39,764 nucleotides of DNA from Rotaria socialis. Its lineage: Eukaryota. Position numbers and translations under genes: made by a program. The notes below the pieces were generated by a model. That model did no database searches. It had not been told where the DNA came from and saw nothing but the letters and a program-made list of their open reading frames with translations. Of the stretch, positions 21,591 through 35,000 are shown one piece after another. The first letter of the stretch is position 1. Each line of letters starts with the position of its first letter. The stretch lies in NCBI GenBank assembly GCA_905331295.1, contig CAJNYD010000007.1, positions 1 to 39,764 on the forward strand, written 5' to 3'.

Positions 21591-23855
21591 GGTTTATTAC
21601 ACACCCACACCGGCACCCTCAGGTTATAGTAGAAAACAAAAAATCGAGACCAATAATACATCGACACATGTCCAATCTTCTGTAAGAGCGATTTCATGTA
21701 CGTAACGTTCGTGTTCAATCGATATTGTTTATGCATCTACTGCTTTCACTTTGTTTCTTGTGCTTTGAATGCTATTATTGGATTTGTGTTTTTTATTATT
21801 TGAAAAATAAGTTGATATGTAAAAAGATAAGTGAATTTGAACGAAACTAATGGCAGCATTATGAAGGACTCAATAGAGCTAGCGTAAGTATTTAATTTTA
21901 TTCAGATAAAAAAGGATGAAATTTATGTAATGGAAAAAAATCATGTCAATTTGATTTAGTAAACTCTACGAAGCGCAGCAAGAAAGTAGAGTGTTTAAGA
22001 TTTCATTGTAAAATTCAGATGCAGAAATAATGTAAATGACAGAAAAAACAAATATTCTATATATGTCACATCGTTTTGTTTTTTTTGAATATTAATTCCA
22101 TTTTTTTATCAATCCAGTTTGAATACAGCAAACAGGAGAGTGCTTGTAGAAGACAGCCATTAATGTTATTTGATAGTTATGATCTATTTGACATCTACTT
22201 CATTTCAAATTATCCGAATTTTGCAAGAATCTTTATATAAAATGAACCTAAAAATTGATATTAACCAAAATTTGATATCAGAATGCTGGGGAAAAAATAG
22301 CAGTGTTTTAAAAGCTGAAAGATCGGTAATGTTTCATTGTTATTTTCACAGTCATGATTTAATATCAGAAAATAAATTGTTTGCATATTATCGGATTCTT
22401 TTAGACTGATATTTCATAAAATACATTGTGATTTAATTGTTTCTGCTACACAACACGGCGCTGCTGGTCGAATCTATCTGATATGTCAAAGTTTGCCTAA
22501 AAAAAGAGTCGTCGAGCGATAAACTACTTACGTTTACATACAGTACCTAGACAATGATAAAACACTAAACTAATGAACTTATTTAGATATACAAGACCGA
22601 TTTTCTATTTATTTCAAAGATCTAATTCAATTCGAAGAAAAATTTAGAAAGATGCTACTATTATTACGTTTATTCTTCGTATTCGTTGCACTAGCCTTAA
22701 ACAAATCCCTGCTTCCACCAAAAAATGACAATTTTTTTCCTACTAGTTGGCTTGAGATTGATGCATAATAGGATAGATCACAATGTCTATCATTGAGTAC
22801 ATTATGATTTGTTGAGCTCATCTTGTATTATAAGACTTTTAAAGAGATTTTTCAACTCTAACAAACAAATTATTTCCACTGGTAATTGTTAAGAGAAATG
22901 CTAATATATAAAACAAAATATGTTACAAATATTTCTTCATATTTTCATTTGATTTGCCATAGTCGAGAACTTACCTGCATCGATTGATTGACCTCTGTTT
23001 TGAATGTTGAAACTTTTGTAATTTTTAACATTCTAGTTTCTTTTCATCATGTTTTTCTGAAAAAATCTGATCGATTACGAAGATTATGTTCAAATTATAG
23101 AGGTAAGGATAGAATAACGGGGCCTAAGAGTGGGGATAGAAACAATTTGAGTACGATATTTGCAGTGGAGCATTCCTAATCTATTTTGACGTAAAAAAAA
23201 ACGAATAAAATATGATCCGCTCAATATGATATTCATCATCAACATAGGTGAAAAAAGCATTCAGATGAAAGAATCACATCGGCAAATGGCAGTATAAATA
23301 TTTTAATGTTAATTATATTTTATATTTGTTTTCACATACAAATATTACATATAGATATTTCTATGACAGAACATATCAGTTGTTGACTTTTTGAAACATG
23401 TTTTTATTTGAATTTTAGTTTATCATAGTATAAGAAACCAGACTACAACAAAGTGCAACTGTTTATCTTCTTGATGTAGCCAAGTGGGAACGATATAAAA
23501 TATCTGATGACGTGAGTAGCATAATGCGTTATTTAGTTTTCATTTATATACAGTAAATTATATTCAAAGTAAATATTCACAACATGATTCTAAAACTTAT
23601 TTTGTACCCTGCTCTGTTGCGAGTTTATCAATCTCCAAAATGCACATACACTTTATATTTTCTTCGTTTCTTCTACTCATTTCAACCATGCTACTTATGA
23701 AAATAATATACTCGTGTCTCTTTCGACATTTATATTTTCAGATCATCATTAATTGCGAAAATGATATTCGTTAGCAAGATAAATAAAGCTAATATAACAT
23801 AATGTATTAATGACTTGGATGTGTATGTTTGCCCATTTATTATATTTCAAGAGAA

Positions 23856-24798
23856 ATGGACGCACCCTCAAATCCTTCATATCTGAGCGTGGTTATGTCG
23901 ACCTCAATTATTCTGGCTTTGATCGGCATCTCTCTTAATTGCCTGATCATCATCGTGGTGACATCTACGAAAAGACTATATACTGTCACTTATTTGTTGA
24001 TTTGTAATACAAGTTTATGGTCGATATTTTATTTTCTAATACAAAATAATAACTATGTTTTTCTCACTTCTATCTTTTGGGATACCAGTGACATATCATG
24101 CCGATGGCGTGGCTACTTTTGGTACATGTCAGTTGTCGGCGTTACTTATTCATTTTTGATTCAAACAATATCGCGTTATTTCTTCGTTGTGCTCTCAGTG
24201 AAATATTGATGGGTAACTTCATTAAAAATGCATCTCATTCTGATTACTGCTCAATGGATCATTTCTGTACTTCTACCAATACCTGCCATTGTCGCCAAAG
24301 GTATCGATTATGTTCTGCATGTACTTTGTATGGTCAGGAAAACATTTATCTTCCATACGATTTACACAGCTCTCGTAGATTATATACTGCCAACAGTTTG
24401 CATTATTAGCGTCTATATCTATGTTTTTCATCGCATAAAGCATAGTACCAATAGTACGTTACCAGAAGCAGTCGAAACATTCAATCGAAAAAAATCGTGA
24501 TATTCGCATTCTTCGTAATATTATGATCTTTTTCAATATCTACATATCTAGTGGACTTCCCATGATTGTACACTTGATTATTGACAACTCCGTTTTATAC
24601 TCAGTAGCTCTTATTTTTATGATATTGGGCGTTACTGTTGAAAAGGCAGCAACCATATTTCTAACACCAGAATTACGAAAAAGAGCCAAGAATATTTTTT
24701 GCTGCTCAACAACACGTGTCACGCCACTGGAATTTAATCTTGCTACTGTTGCAGTTACAAGGAGTACTAAAAACACGATATCTCCATGTGTCAAATGA
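23856..24798 (+). pseudogene. Single-exon rhodopsin-like (class A) GPCR, disrupted by one nonsense codon and one frameshift
   Basis: Three consecutive ORFs join into 7 TM helices: GISLN (TM1), YLLICNTS (TM2), CRWRGY..SFLIQTISRYF (TM3), QWIISVLLPIP (TM4), YILP (TM5), RDIRILRNIMIFFNIYISSGLP (TM6), TIFLTPELR. In-frame TGA at 24207-24209; +1 shift in the A7 run near 24488-24494. Confidence 0.85.
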
Positions 24799-24838
24799 AA
24801 CAAACATTTCCGTTAGGTTGTGTGTATGCGTGTATTGC

Positions 24839-24848
24839 GGGGGGGGGN

Positions 24849-24928
<80 letters not shown>
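24839..24928. repeat. G9-N-C~80 homopolymer, probable sequencing/assembly artefact
   Basis: Pure G and C runs abut the N at 24848. Confidence 0.8.
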
Positions 24929-24929
<1 letters not shown>

Positions 24930-25579
24930 CACCGTCACAGTAGCTTACCCACACCCTGACAGTTCATTTTTTAATTCGAATAAATTTCAAGGTATGTTTA
25001 ATATTGAAAACTTCCACAAGAGGACTAGAATCATGATTTAGTGTACGAACATTGATGATGGTAGGAAGGAAAAAGTCAAAAATCAATATCTCATAAAATA
25101 CCAAGGAACAACAAAATGATACATATAATGTATGATAGTAGAAAACGGGGGTGTTGGTCAATGTGGCTGTCCACGTGAAAATAAATAGTACATCTACACT
25201 CATACCCACACCCTCTCATGCTCATGATTCTCTCACTTACATTTTATTGCTCTCGACCCACTATTTTGATAATGAAGATGATGATAAAGAAAGTATTAAT
25301 TATGATAATTTACTTATGATTTAAGGATAAGTCAATAAACTTCTTTGTTTCTTGTATGACAGATATGTGTAATTTTTCTGTTAATTATATATCAAAATAG
25401 CTATTGTAAATGAAGGGTTGTTACATAAACATAAATGTGTTCTATTTCCATATAAAGATAAGAGAAAATTTTTAGGAATGTAAATTTTTAATGTTGTTCC
25501 CGTGTCCCACAGAGCTCTACCATATACCGAACCTGTTCACACCTGCACGTCATTGGTGCCATTTCTTTTTGACTTTCAT

Positions 25580-25718
25580 TCTGGGTAGTAGTGATGGTGT
25601 GGTGTAAAAACTACATTCTCTTTCTGGGACCGACAAAAAGGATTTATTTTTATTCCTTCGATTAGTTCTTGCTGGTGCCATCCTGCCGGGATGAAAAGCA
25701 CTACCGCCACTACCTAGA
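25580..25718. mobile_element. Possible small degenerate MITE
   Basis: TCTGGGTAGTAGTGATGGTG is imperfectly inverted to CACTACCGCCACTACCTAGA; no TSD seen. Confidence 0.35.
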
Positions 25719-26583
25719 CGGTATTGAAATTCACCAAGAAAGACGAAAGTAGCAAGACAAAAACAATGAAGTCACACTTCACCACTCTTAGTGCTGATCA
25801 TGTATAGTAGCTATTCAAATTGCAATACTAAATCTAAGTTTGTTCCCAACAAATATTTTTCAACCATTGTGAAATCGATGTTCTCTTCTAATACATTCTC
25901 TCTGTTCAAAGATGCCGACAGTCATACATTTTTTTTTCGATGACAACGAGTCTTTCACAGTGAACACGGTAAAACGAGTGTTGTACACAACACGAAAGAT
26001 GCTTCATCTCTCATGAGAATAGCGTTTTTTCTCCATGTTTTTATTGCATTGATCGATGATTAGGTACGTCGTTAGTGAAAATTTCCCTTGATTTCTGAAC
26101 AGGACAGGCTGATTTGTTACTTCTAACACAGAGGAGAAAAATAGATGAGGCAGCAAATGTTAGTGGCATGCATGTTGGTGTGTAAAAAGAGTGAATACTT
26201 ACGCTTCTCGTCCCGGAATGAGACGGGACAAGAAAAATAATAAGTAAGGCGAGATGCATGAGGAGGAGTAGCAGAACAGGTAGAATTAAAGCCTTCACAA
26301 TCCTTCTCGTCGACAAAGAGAAAATGAAAAATATCTGTAACTTTTTTTTAAAAATCCCTTTGGTGGTTGATTCCTTGGGATAGGATATGAAAAATAATTA
26401 ATCACAGCGGAGCGGTGAATTCCACACAAAAGTTAAAATGTATCAAATAATCCAACCCAAAATTTTAGGAACAGATATTTTTAGCTCTTTTTCTATTTTG
26501 AGTGTGGCTGTGAATCTTTTTCCACGTCCACTCACACATCCACACCCACTCTGTAGGTGATACATTTTAGCCTCAACTAAAAT

Positions 26584-26988
26584 ATGTTGACAAACGAGAA
26601 CCACCTCAGTTCTATCAATCATGTAGCCTACAGCAAAGAACAACGTCAGCAGCAGTATCAACCATCAAATTACTATTCCCAAGAAATGGAGCAACAGACA
26701 CCAACGTACACAAATAACCAGCAAGTGGGGGTCGCTCAACTCCACATTGTGGTAATCAGATTCTAAATGAAACTAAAACGTCACTAACAGCCAAATGGCG
26801 GGCTTGTACTTGGTTCTAATATTGCCTCGATGTGCTTATTTGTCAAGATCTATTTTGCTGTTCACATGAGAGCGCATATGGTAACACAAAATGCAAAAAA
26901 TTTCAGTGACTGATTTCTTCTCTTTCAGGTTACGGAGCACACTCGTCCAAGGTGCGGGAAGTTTATTGGAACCCATACCACGCATTAA
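26584..26988 (+). pseudogene. Decayed LITAF-domain-like gene (Q/P/Y-rich N-terminus, two Cys knuckles); intron 26881-26928
   Basis: Q/P/Y-rich ORF from 26584; in a shifted frame TPHCGNQI..KWRACTWF*YCLDVLICQDLFCCS; after a 48-nt GT..AG intron, VTEHTRPRCGKFIGTHTTH*, matching the LITAF HxCPxCxxxIG ending with Cys>Arg. Confidence 0.55.
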
Positions 26989-29070
26989 TGACGTAACAAG
27001 AAGTGACTTAGTCCGGGGCTGACATTTTTTGTCCGCGCAGCGGTTCGAACAAAAACAAAACAATGATTAACATGAAAACGTTTATCCTTTTTTATTGCAT
27101 ACATACAATAGTTCTGAGAAAACAATTACTGAGTGATATGAATAGAATAAAATCTAGACACACTGATTAGCAGACAATATATATTACTCGTTTACTTCCG
27201 TTTCTGTATACTTACTCCGGGTCAAGATAAAGTCGATTAGAAATCTCACCTGATTCTTAGCTAACATGTGTACTTGGCTACAGAAGGAGACATATTTGGC
27301 GATCATCACATGCCACATGGATTCATCTATAAAAGTTGTACTTTGTCACCTGTCAGCATGACAAAAAACGAATTGAGCAATCTTTTTTATTGCAATAGAT
27401 CTTTTACAAAAGTCACTGTTCCACGATTACATAACACATTTTGATTATTATTGTCCAAGTTACCAGCTAATGTGTGGGTGTGGGTGAGGCTAGGGAACGA
27501 AAACGAATCAGTGAAGATACTCAAACCCACAACCCACACCCGACAAACTGGATAGAGTGGAATAGCTTACCGCCACTCTCGGCAATCATGTTTATTGGCT
27601 TCTTCACATATTCAAAGTCTCACAACTTCATACATAACACATGTATACATAGGAGAGAGATAAGAGAGAGACAGAAGAAAGATATTTTAGAACAATGGAA
27701 AGAGAACAGAAAGAGAAGAAAGGAGAATCATCGAAGCCTGCCTTTAATATGCGCACAGAGTCATCATCGCGTAAATATGGTCGCACATATTTGTGTGATG
27801 TTATAAACGCTACTGACAATATAAAAAGAATATGTCGCTGGAGAACTTTAAACTCTGGAAAATTTAAAATCTGAAAGTTAAAATTTCAAGTTTCCCTGAC
27901 TATTTTAGGAAAATTTTAATTCTATGTGCACCAGCTACATGAATCTTTTCACAAAAAATTTCAATTTTTCAAAAAATATCCGAATATAGGAAAAAACATA
28001 AAATATAGTCTACTACAGGGCTATTTGGAAAAAAATAGGAAATATAAGCCGACTGCGCTGCCAGTCTATCGATGAAAAAAAGAAACATCTGACAAACTGT
28101 AACGAAACTTCTCACTTGAACACTAACCAAAAAGAAAATCGAAAAATAAAAATCATTATATTTGTTTTAGCCTATCAAAATAATAAAACAATTTTGCAGT
28201 TTTGAATTTAATCTCACAGATAACTTATGGAACAAGTTTAAGAAAGTATCCTGACGACCTAAAAGAAATACTTGTGCAAGAATGGCGTCAAATAAAAAAG
28301 ACCAACTAATTTAAACAACACTTGATTTTTGTTGTAAATCATTCAAACAAACGCATGAAACAGACAGAATGGTTATTAACTACTATTTATAGTTTTTCAT
28401 TTCGGAGATATTTTCTTAGAATACATTAGACATAATGAATCAAACAGCACTAACACAATTTTTTCTGTGTTTTAACAACTAGAAACGTTTTTATTTCTCA
28501 ATTATATTGAACTCTACGGACCAAATCTTTGGGAAAATAAATCTTGTAAGAGCCAGGGAGTTTGATATTAACGCAATTATTTTATCCAGAAATCCTCCAA
28601 GCATTTTTACTTTTGTGAGTGATTTATTCTAGATACGTAAAATCCTAGATACTTTCAATTTCGACTTACCAATTTGAAGAAGTGTACGTCACATGCTATA
28701 AAGTACATCTCGAACTATGTCGCTATTTTTCTCGTGTTTATCGAAAAGATTGTTATAAAAATGAACTTGATTTTTACGTGATGACGAAATTTTTCATATT
28801 TGCTCGATCGTTTGCTGTTATCCTTTACCAATTCGTTTTGCAAAACTATCTTCACTGAGAAATTATGTTAAAAGCGATTAAATTTATTACAACAAATGAT
28901 CAATACGAACAACATCCAAACCAGACAACAAATAAAGCTACAACATATAGAATCTTGAATTTTGCAGTACACCTATTCGACGTATTTACTTTTTTCCAAC
29001 TATACATAAGCAATTTTGACTGATAATTCGATGACAAGTTGTCATTGTTGATTGTATATCATAAATTCAG

Positions 29071-32000
29071 TTAAGTAGTGTGTTCACTAGCAGAAAATAA
29101 ATTTCGGAAACATCTAACTTGAATCTGCTTGAGAAACACCAAGAATGCTGTTCGATAAAGTTGAGATGGCAGAATGAATGCAAAGAGTATGGCATTGCAT
29201 GGTAGGAAAGCAGCACAATACGCAAGTAAACTAATATACGGTCGTCGATCAATTTTTGTGCATACAAAGACGAAAGCAAACACAAGACGAGGTACAGCGA
29301 GTATGCCGAGTAGAATTGGTGCAATGAGTATATGTTTGTGTTTACTAATTTGATTTTTGACAGCTTGAAATCGTGATCGAAATGATTCATTCTCATTGGC
29401 AACAGCAGAAGTAGCGTTTTCCCTCATAGCTTGTTTACTCGCGACCATAGTTCCTTGAATAATGAGTATGCTACTCAATAAGTTGATCACTATTGGGAGT
29501 GAGAACAAGAGAACATTTGAAATTGAGTATAATTTTAAGAGAGCTGGTCGATCAGCATTCAGTGTAAGTACACACCAGGCTCGTTCATTGTGTGTATCAA
29601 TGACCATACGACGATAGATCAATTCGAGAGAACATACGAGAGCCAAGAATATAATCACACATCCTGCAATCCATCTAGCAACTCGTTTACCTACTGAGCG
29701 AGAATATTTAGTTGGGTACATGACAACCCATGTGCGCTTGATGGCTACACATGCATTTAACCATTCACCAGTTTTTGGCCACCATTTGAGTAGAAATTCA
29801 ACAAGTAAACAACTGATATTGCCTTTGTCAATATTTAAAATAATGATAATTTTGCACATGAGTACTATCATAGTGACTAGACCAATACATGATGAGACAA
29901 ACAAGTAAATACCACATCCTGAATCTTGTGTTTCTGATTGAATGAATGTGCCGATAGCAAATAAGTTGAAAATGGTACCAAGCGTGATTAAAATACTAAG
30001 GATAGCAACAGTAATTTGAATGACTACTGTCTGATGAAGAATACTTGTTGCGTCGATATAATATGTGATCCAATGATGGCATCAAATGACAAAGAATAAC
30101 CAGCACGTGTAAATTGACAATTCGATCCATAGCTGCATGCTTCGCAGATACACACTGAAATTGTTGGACAACGTTCGTGATCTTGAACACACATACCTCG
30201 GCCACTGCATGTATTCCATGGACAACCTGAAGGAGTTGTCTGAAAATTGAAACAATCAGTATGATTGGTGCGATCACATAAACACATGAGTTTTTCATCA
30301 TAAAAACATATTAACTTTTCTCCGTTGTGCGGCTGAAGACATGGCCTTTGATAGTTCTTAACACGGCGTAACGGTGGCTGAGCAACGATGGTCTCATTGA
30401 ATAACTCATGGATCGAGCGACATCGACGCGATGGTTCGATTTTGATATGTATCTCCCTTGCAAACATATCTGTATACTTTTGTATAAATAAGAGATAATA
30501 ATCGAAATGATCTCGATGCTCGTAGAATTGAACGAATGCTACAGTTGATGGTGTGTCGGCATCAGCCTCAAAAAGCGTGAAATTAGACATTTTGTTTTGA
30601 ATACGACGAAAGTATGTAAAAGAACTAGGTTCACCCAACACAAGTATCCGAATGAGATGAATGAATGCTATTTTTGATGACGGGATAGTTACATCTTCAG
30701 CAATATTAACATTGATACGAAATTTTGACTCCTCACAATATTTACCAAACCATTCTTCATTGCAAATGCAACTGAAATGTTGTATCACAGGGAGATTTAT
30801 ATCAATCGGCAGACATTGTCCATGTCCATTACAGCTGCTTTCATTGCATGGATTGAATGGAACTAGACACCGAGGACCAGTGCGATTTAATGGACATACA
30901 CAAATTTGTCTATTGTGATCAACGTCATAGCCGAGACGAATTGCAGGCTTCGAACAGAATGTGCAATTAGTACTGTTAATTTTTGCCATCATTGATTCAA
31001 ATCCTAATGGACTCTCAGGTACAATAAGCAACTTTGCTATATGACGAACTGGTAAAAATTCGAACAAAAGAGGATATTGCCATGTGTCAACATATTCAAG
31101 TGTAATAGCATTAAATGCGTGTACGTGTTTAGAATGATTGGCCGATGAAGATAAAGAATCGTTGATTGGATAGAATAGATGTATTTTATATTTCGGTAAA
31201 CACTCATGGAAGGGTTTATAGACTAATTGTTCGTGTGAAAGGATATTAGTTGTGGTGCTATTACGTACCAACATGACAACCAGTTTAAATGACGAATTTT
31301 GACGATCAAACGAACTCTTCGCCTGAAGTTTAAGCGTGAGAATGATTCGTTTGCGCTGAAATTGGCAACGATCACCGTAATAGTTTTTTAGACAGAAACG
31401 ATAGAAGCCAGGTGGATCGACTGAAGAACGCACGTATAAACCAAAGTTGCAGTGCCAAAGAACGAAGTCACTAAATACTTGTGCGCTCCGAACAATTCGA
31501 TGCATTAATGATCGACTGCGATTTTTACTTGGATATTCGTCAAAGTTGGTCAGTTTGAATTTTGGGAATCTTGCTAAGGGCGTCAACTCACAGAAGAGTT
31601 CATTCTCACGTTCGTCACAGTTATCGAATGTGATGCAGGATCGTCCTAAATGGAATACCTATAAATTGATCTGTCATTCAATTTACCTATAGATTAATAA
31701 GAATTTCCAACACAACTACATGAGAGTTTTTCTCAGAAAAAGAAGAGAGGATAAATAAATATTAGTCAAATAGGTGTATTCCATAGATTCTATTAGCCAC
31801 TTTCAATGGAAGAGGTATTTCAGATAGCTGAATTCAATGAAAATGGATATGTGCACCAATCTATATGAGTAACTCGTATTCGAAATATCACTATTTCATT
31901 AAGTTAGCTATTATTTGTGTTCACTATATTTAAATATTTTATCATCAATGTCTGTAGGCCCCATTATGTTTCGGTAAAAGACAAAAACAAAGAAATGTTT

Positions 32001-35000
32001 CAATTATTTGAGTACTCGCACGAGCTCATTGCCACCATTAAGAGGATCATATATCTTTTATCCAAGGAAATCAAAATTATCGATCAGTTATACACAGTGA
32101 CACTGCCTTGTTACAAATGAAGACGCAAATATTTTCGTTTATGAGCTAATTGATTTGTAACCGACTAAAGGATTTTATCTTGCAAGTTTTATTTTATTGA
32201 AGCGCACAAAACAAAGTTTTCTTCTCTTTTTAATCGAAAAATCATTGGAAAAAATTGATGAATAATTCCCAAATTTCGTGATTTTTTTACATTAACCCTC
32301 TCGATTTTAATGAATGCAGTTATTGTCTTTCATTTCACTCATCAGCAACCAGAAGCGAAAAGCGTGTTAGTGAAAACAAGATAGTCGTTATGCACCCATT
32401 CTGTTAACTAGATATACAATTACTCGTATTTATACTTTATTCAGATGAAAATAATCAAAGTGAGATGCACATGTAGCGCAAGAGATTAAACTCACCCAAT
32501 CAAGCTTGAGATTAATTTGCATCCTGATCAACATGTCACAATAATTATATAGCAAGAACAAAGTAAATCTGACTGCTCCAGAAACTATGGGACCTTTAAC
32601 TACTTGCATCTCTGGCCACAGTAGTGTAATAATTCTATGATTATCCTTCAATAGCTTATTTTCTTAAACAGCTAGTTACTGATAAAAGAGTGAAATAAAA
32701 TATTCATTAATATGAGGTACCTGATACAATTTTACCGTTACGACGTCGAAATTGTTTTCCATAACAGTAAGTCGCTCGACCATTATTGATCCATTCACAT
32801 GCAGTTTCTTCATCATCATTTTCTGGACAATCTTGATGACAATCACAAGTTTGATCACGTGTAATACATATATCCGAGTTTCGACATCGAAAGCGATGTT
32901 CCGGTTGTTCAGCATATTTCATTCGACAGAACTGTGGTTCATCAATCGATCCAACACAGTTGATGATGCCATTACCAGCTTGTTCCTTTGGTAAACATGT
33001 TGAATGACCAGTTCTAGTATCCAAGCAAAAGTGACTCGTGCCGTTGCAGTGACGATAACTGAAACCTCTACAATCACGAAGTTCATCGCTTCTATCTGGG
33101 CAATCCCATAGATTGTTGCATACAGAATTTGTTGTCACACATGGCCATTCATTCATAGGACAATGTGATTCGTCCGTATCACTATTCGTATCAGGGATCC
33201 ATGAAAGGATTCCATCACAGAGCTGACCAAAAGTCATATTGAATCGAAGTGGTTCACGTCGAACAGCACGACACTTGTCCGATTCTGCGTCACTACATAT
33301 ACTGAAGTGTCTTACATGTTCATCATCACCATCAACACAGTGTGCCTATAAATTAAAATCCATTCTCAAATACAATCTAAGGTCACCATTACTTGAATGC
33401 CTCAGGAATGCTACCCTCTAACGAGATATAGCCTTTTGTGCTAAGTAAACATAATTCAGCTATCGATCGGTCAGTACTTAGCCCATCACATGTTTTCCCA
33501 TTTCAGATTTTGAAAATACTGAAAGAGCAGTTTTAGTTGGTATTTTCAACTAAACTTGAATCGATCAGATAGGTGAAGATGCTCTCTTACAATCCTTCAA
33601 TCATACAACGTACTTTTTCGTTCGAAGAAACTGTCATAAATGTTTTTCTTGAAAGCCTAGATATCGCCTACAATGACTTCCAAGCATTTTGAAACTTGAC
33701 TTGAACAGGTTGCATTAGCCACGACGAGTCGAAGGGTAATTTTTACCTACATTTTCCGAATTTATTGAGGTTCATTAAGTCAACTTTCGGAAATTATAAC
33801 AAGCAAGCGAAATATATTTCGCACAGATCGAAAGAAACGAAATTTCTTTGACAAATAGATACCTGAGAAGTTAGAATAGATCAAGTGACATTAACATGCC
33901 ATCATTTCGAGCATTCGAATCTGAGATGATTCTATTAATCAAACGCTGATCAGTCAAATGTTTACCAACGCTTACTTGCCCATGGTTCTCAAAGGAATGC
34001 ACAAAAGTCTCATCTTATTATTCGGTAGTGTATTTAAAATATTTAAGTACCGTTGGTTTTAAATTCACTTCAAAACTTCGATAGGGATATATTAACCATT
34101 TCAAATAGCACTGACTTACTTTGGAATCAAAGAGTAGCCATACGGGAATGCATTGTTTATTATTGTCACATTTGAATCGGTCAAGAAGATTGAACGAACA
34201 TATATTTTGTTGATGTTCATCTTCTCCGTTTAAGCAGTCTTCATGACCATCTGAAAGGCGATGATACGAAATACACTTAGTTCCATCACTGCATCGAAAC
34301 AATGAACAGTTGATTTTTGGCTCATCCCAAGGTAGTAATGAGCACGAACGAGTCAAACGTTTGATATCCTCTATCATATGACTGAAATTATTGTATGTTT
34401 GATTAGAAAAGCTGCTGAACGCGTGACATGTTAAATTGTCAACCATACGTACTGGCATTATCACTTTTTTGTTTGACAAAATATGGGCATAATGTTTCGT
34501 TATAACATATCCATTCTGGCTTTGTATCATTGTAAATTATATGTACATGCGTGAATAAGATGAGTGTTGAGGGTGGCATCTGTTGTAAATAGAGACGATC
34601 TCGACGAGTCAAGCATGATCGATCATGTCCAAGAGTTGGTCCGTCATAGCAAGTACCGTCACCGCATGAAAACATTAACGGTAGGCATGAGGTGTCTTCA
34701 CAACCGTAACCACTGTGAAAATGGTTACAAATACTAAGTGAAGAGTAACTTATCTCGTCAGAAGAATCTGTACACTGATCGCCATGGTCCAAATAAAATT
34801 CCTTGTCGATACATTGTCCATTGGAGCAACGGTATTCAGTGCTTGGATCACAATTGTTCATTTCAAGCTCATGACAATAATGCTCATCGAATCCATTGGT
34901 GCAATCCATTTTACCTTTACAAAGAAAATATTTTCCAATAAAATAATTCATTTGTCTTCCAAATCGCTCAATAGAAAATCTAAGTATCAATTTTAGTTAA

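Noticed and set aside
24706..25041. Poly-Pro/poly-Gly ORFs
   Set aside because: They arise only from the G/N/C homopolymer at a probable assembly join.
28244..28273. CTGACGA..GAAA motif
   Set aside because: There is no stem II or stem I pairing.
31646..31660. Alternative acceptor TTTATAG|GTATTCC for the last exon of the LDLa-GPCR
   Set aside because: It leads to a stop after about 12 codons; the acceptor at 31646 keeps the frame.
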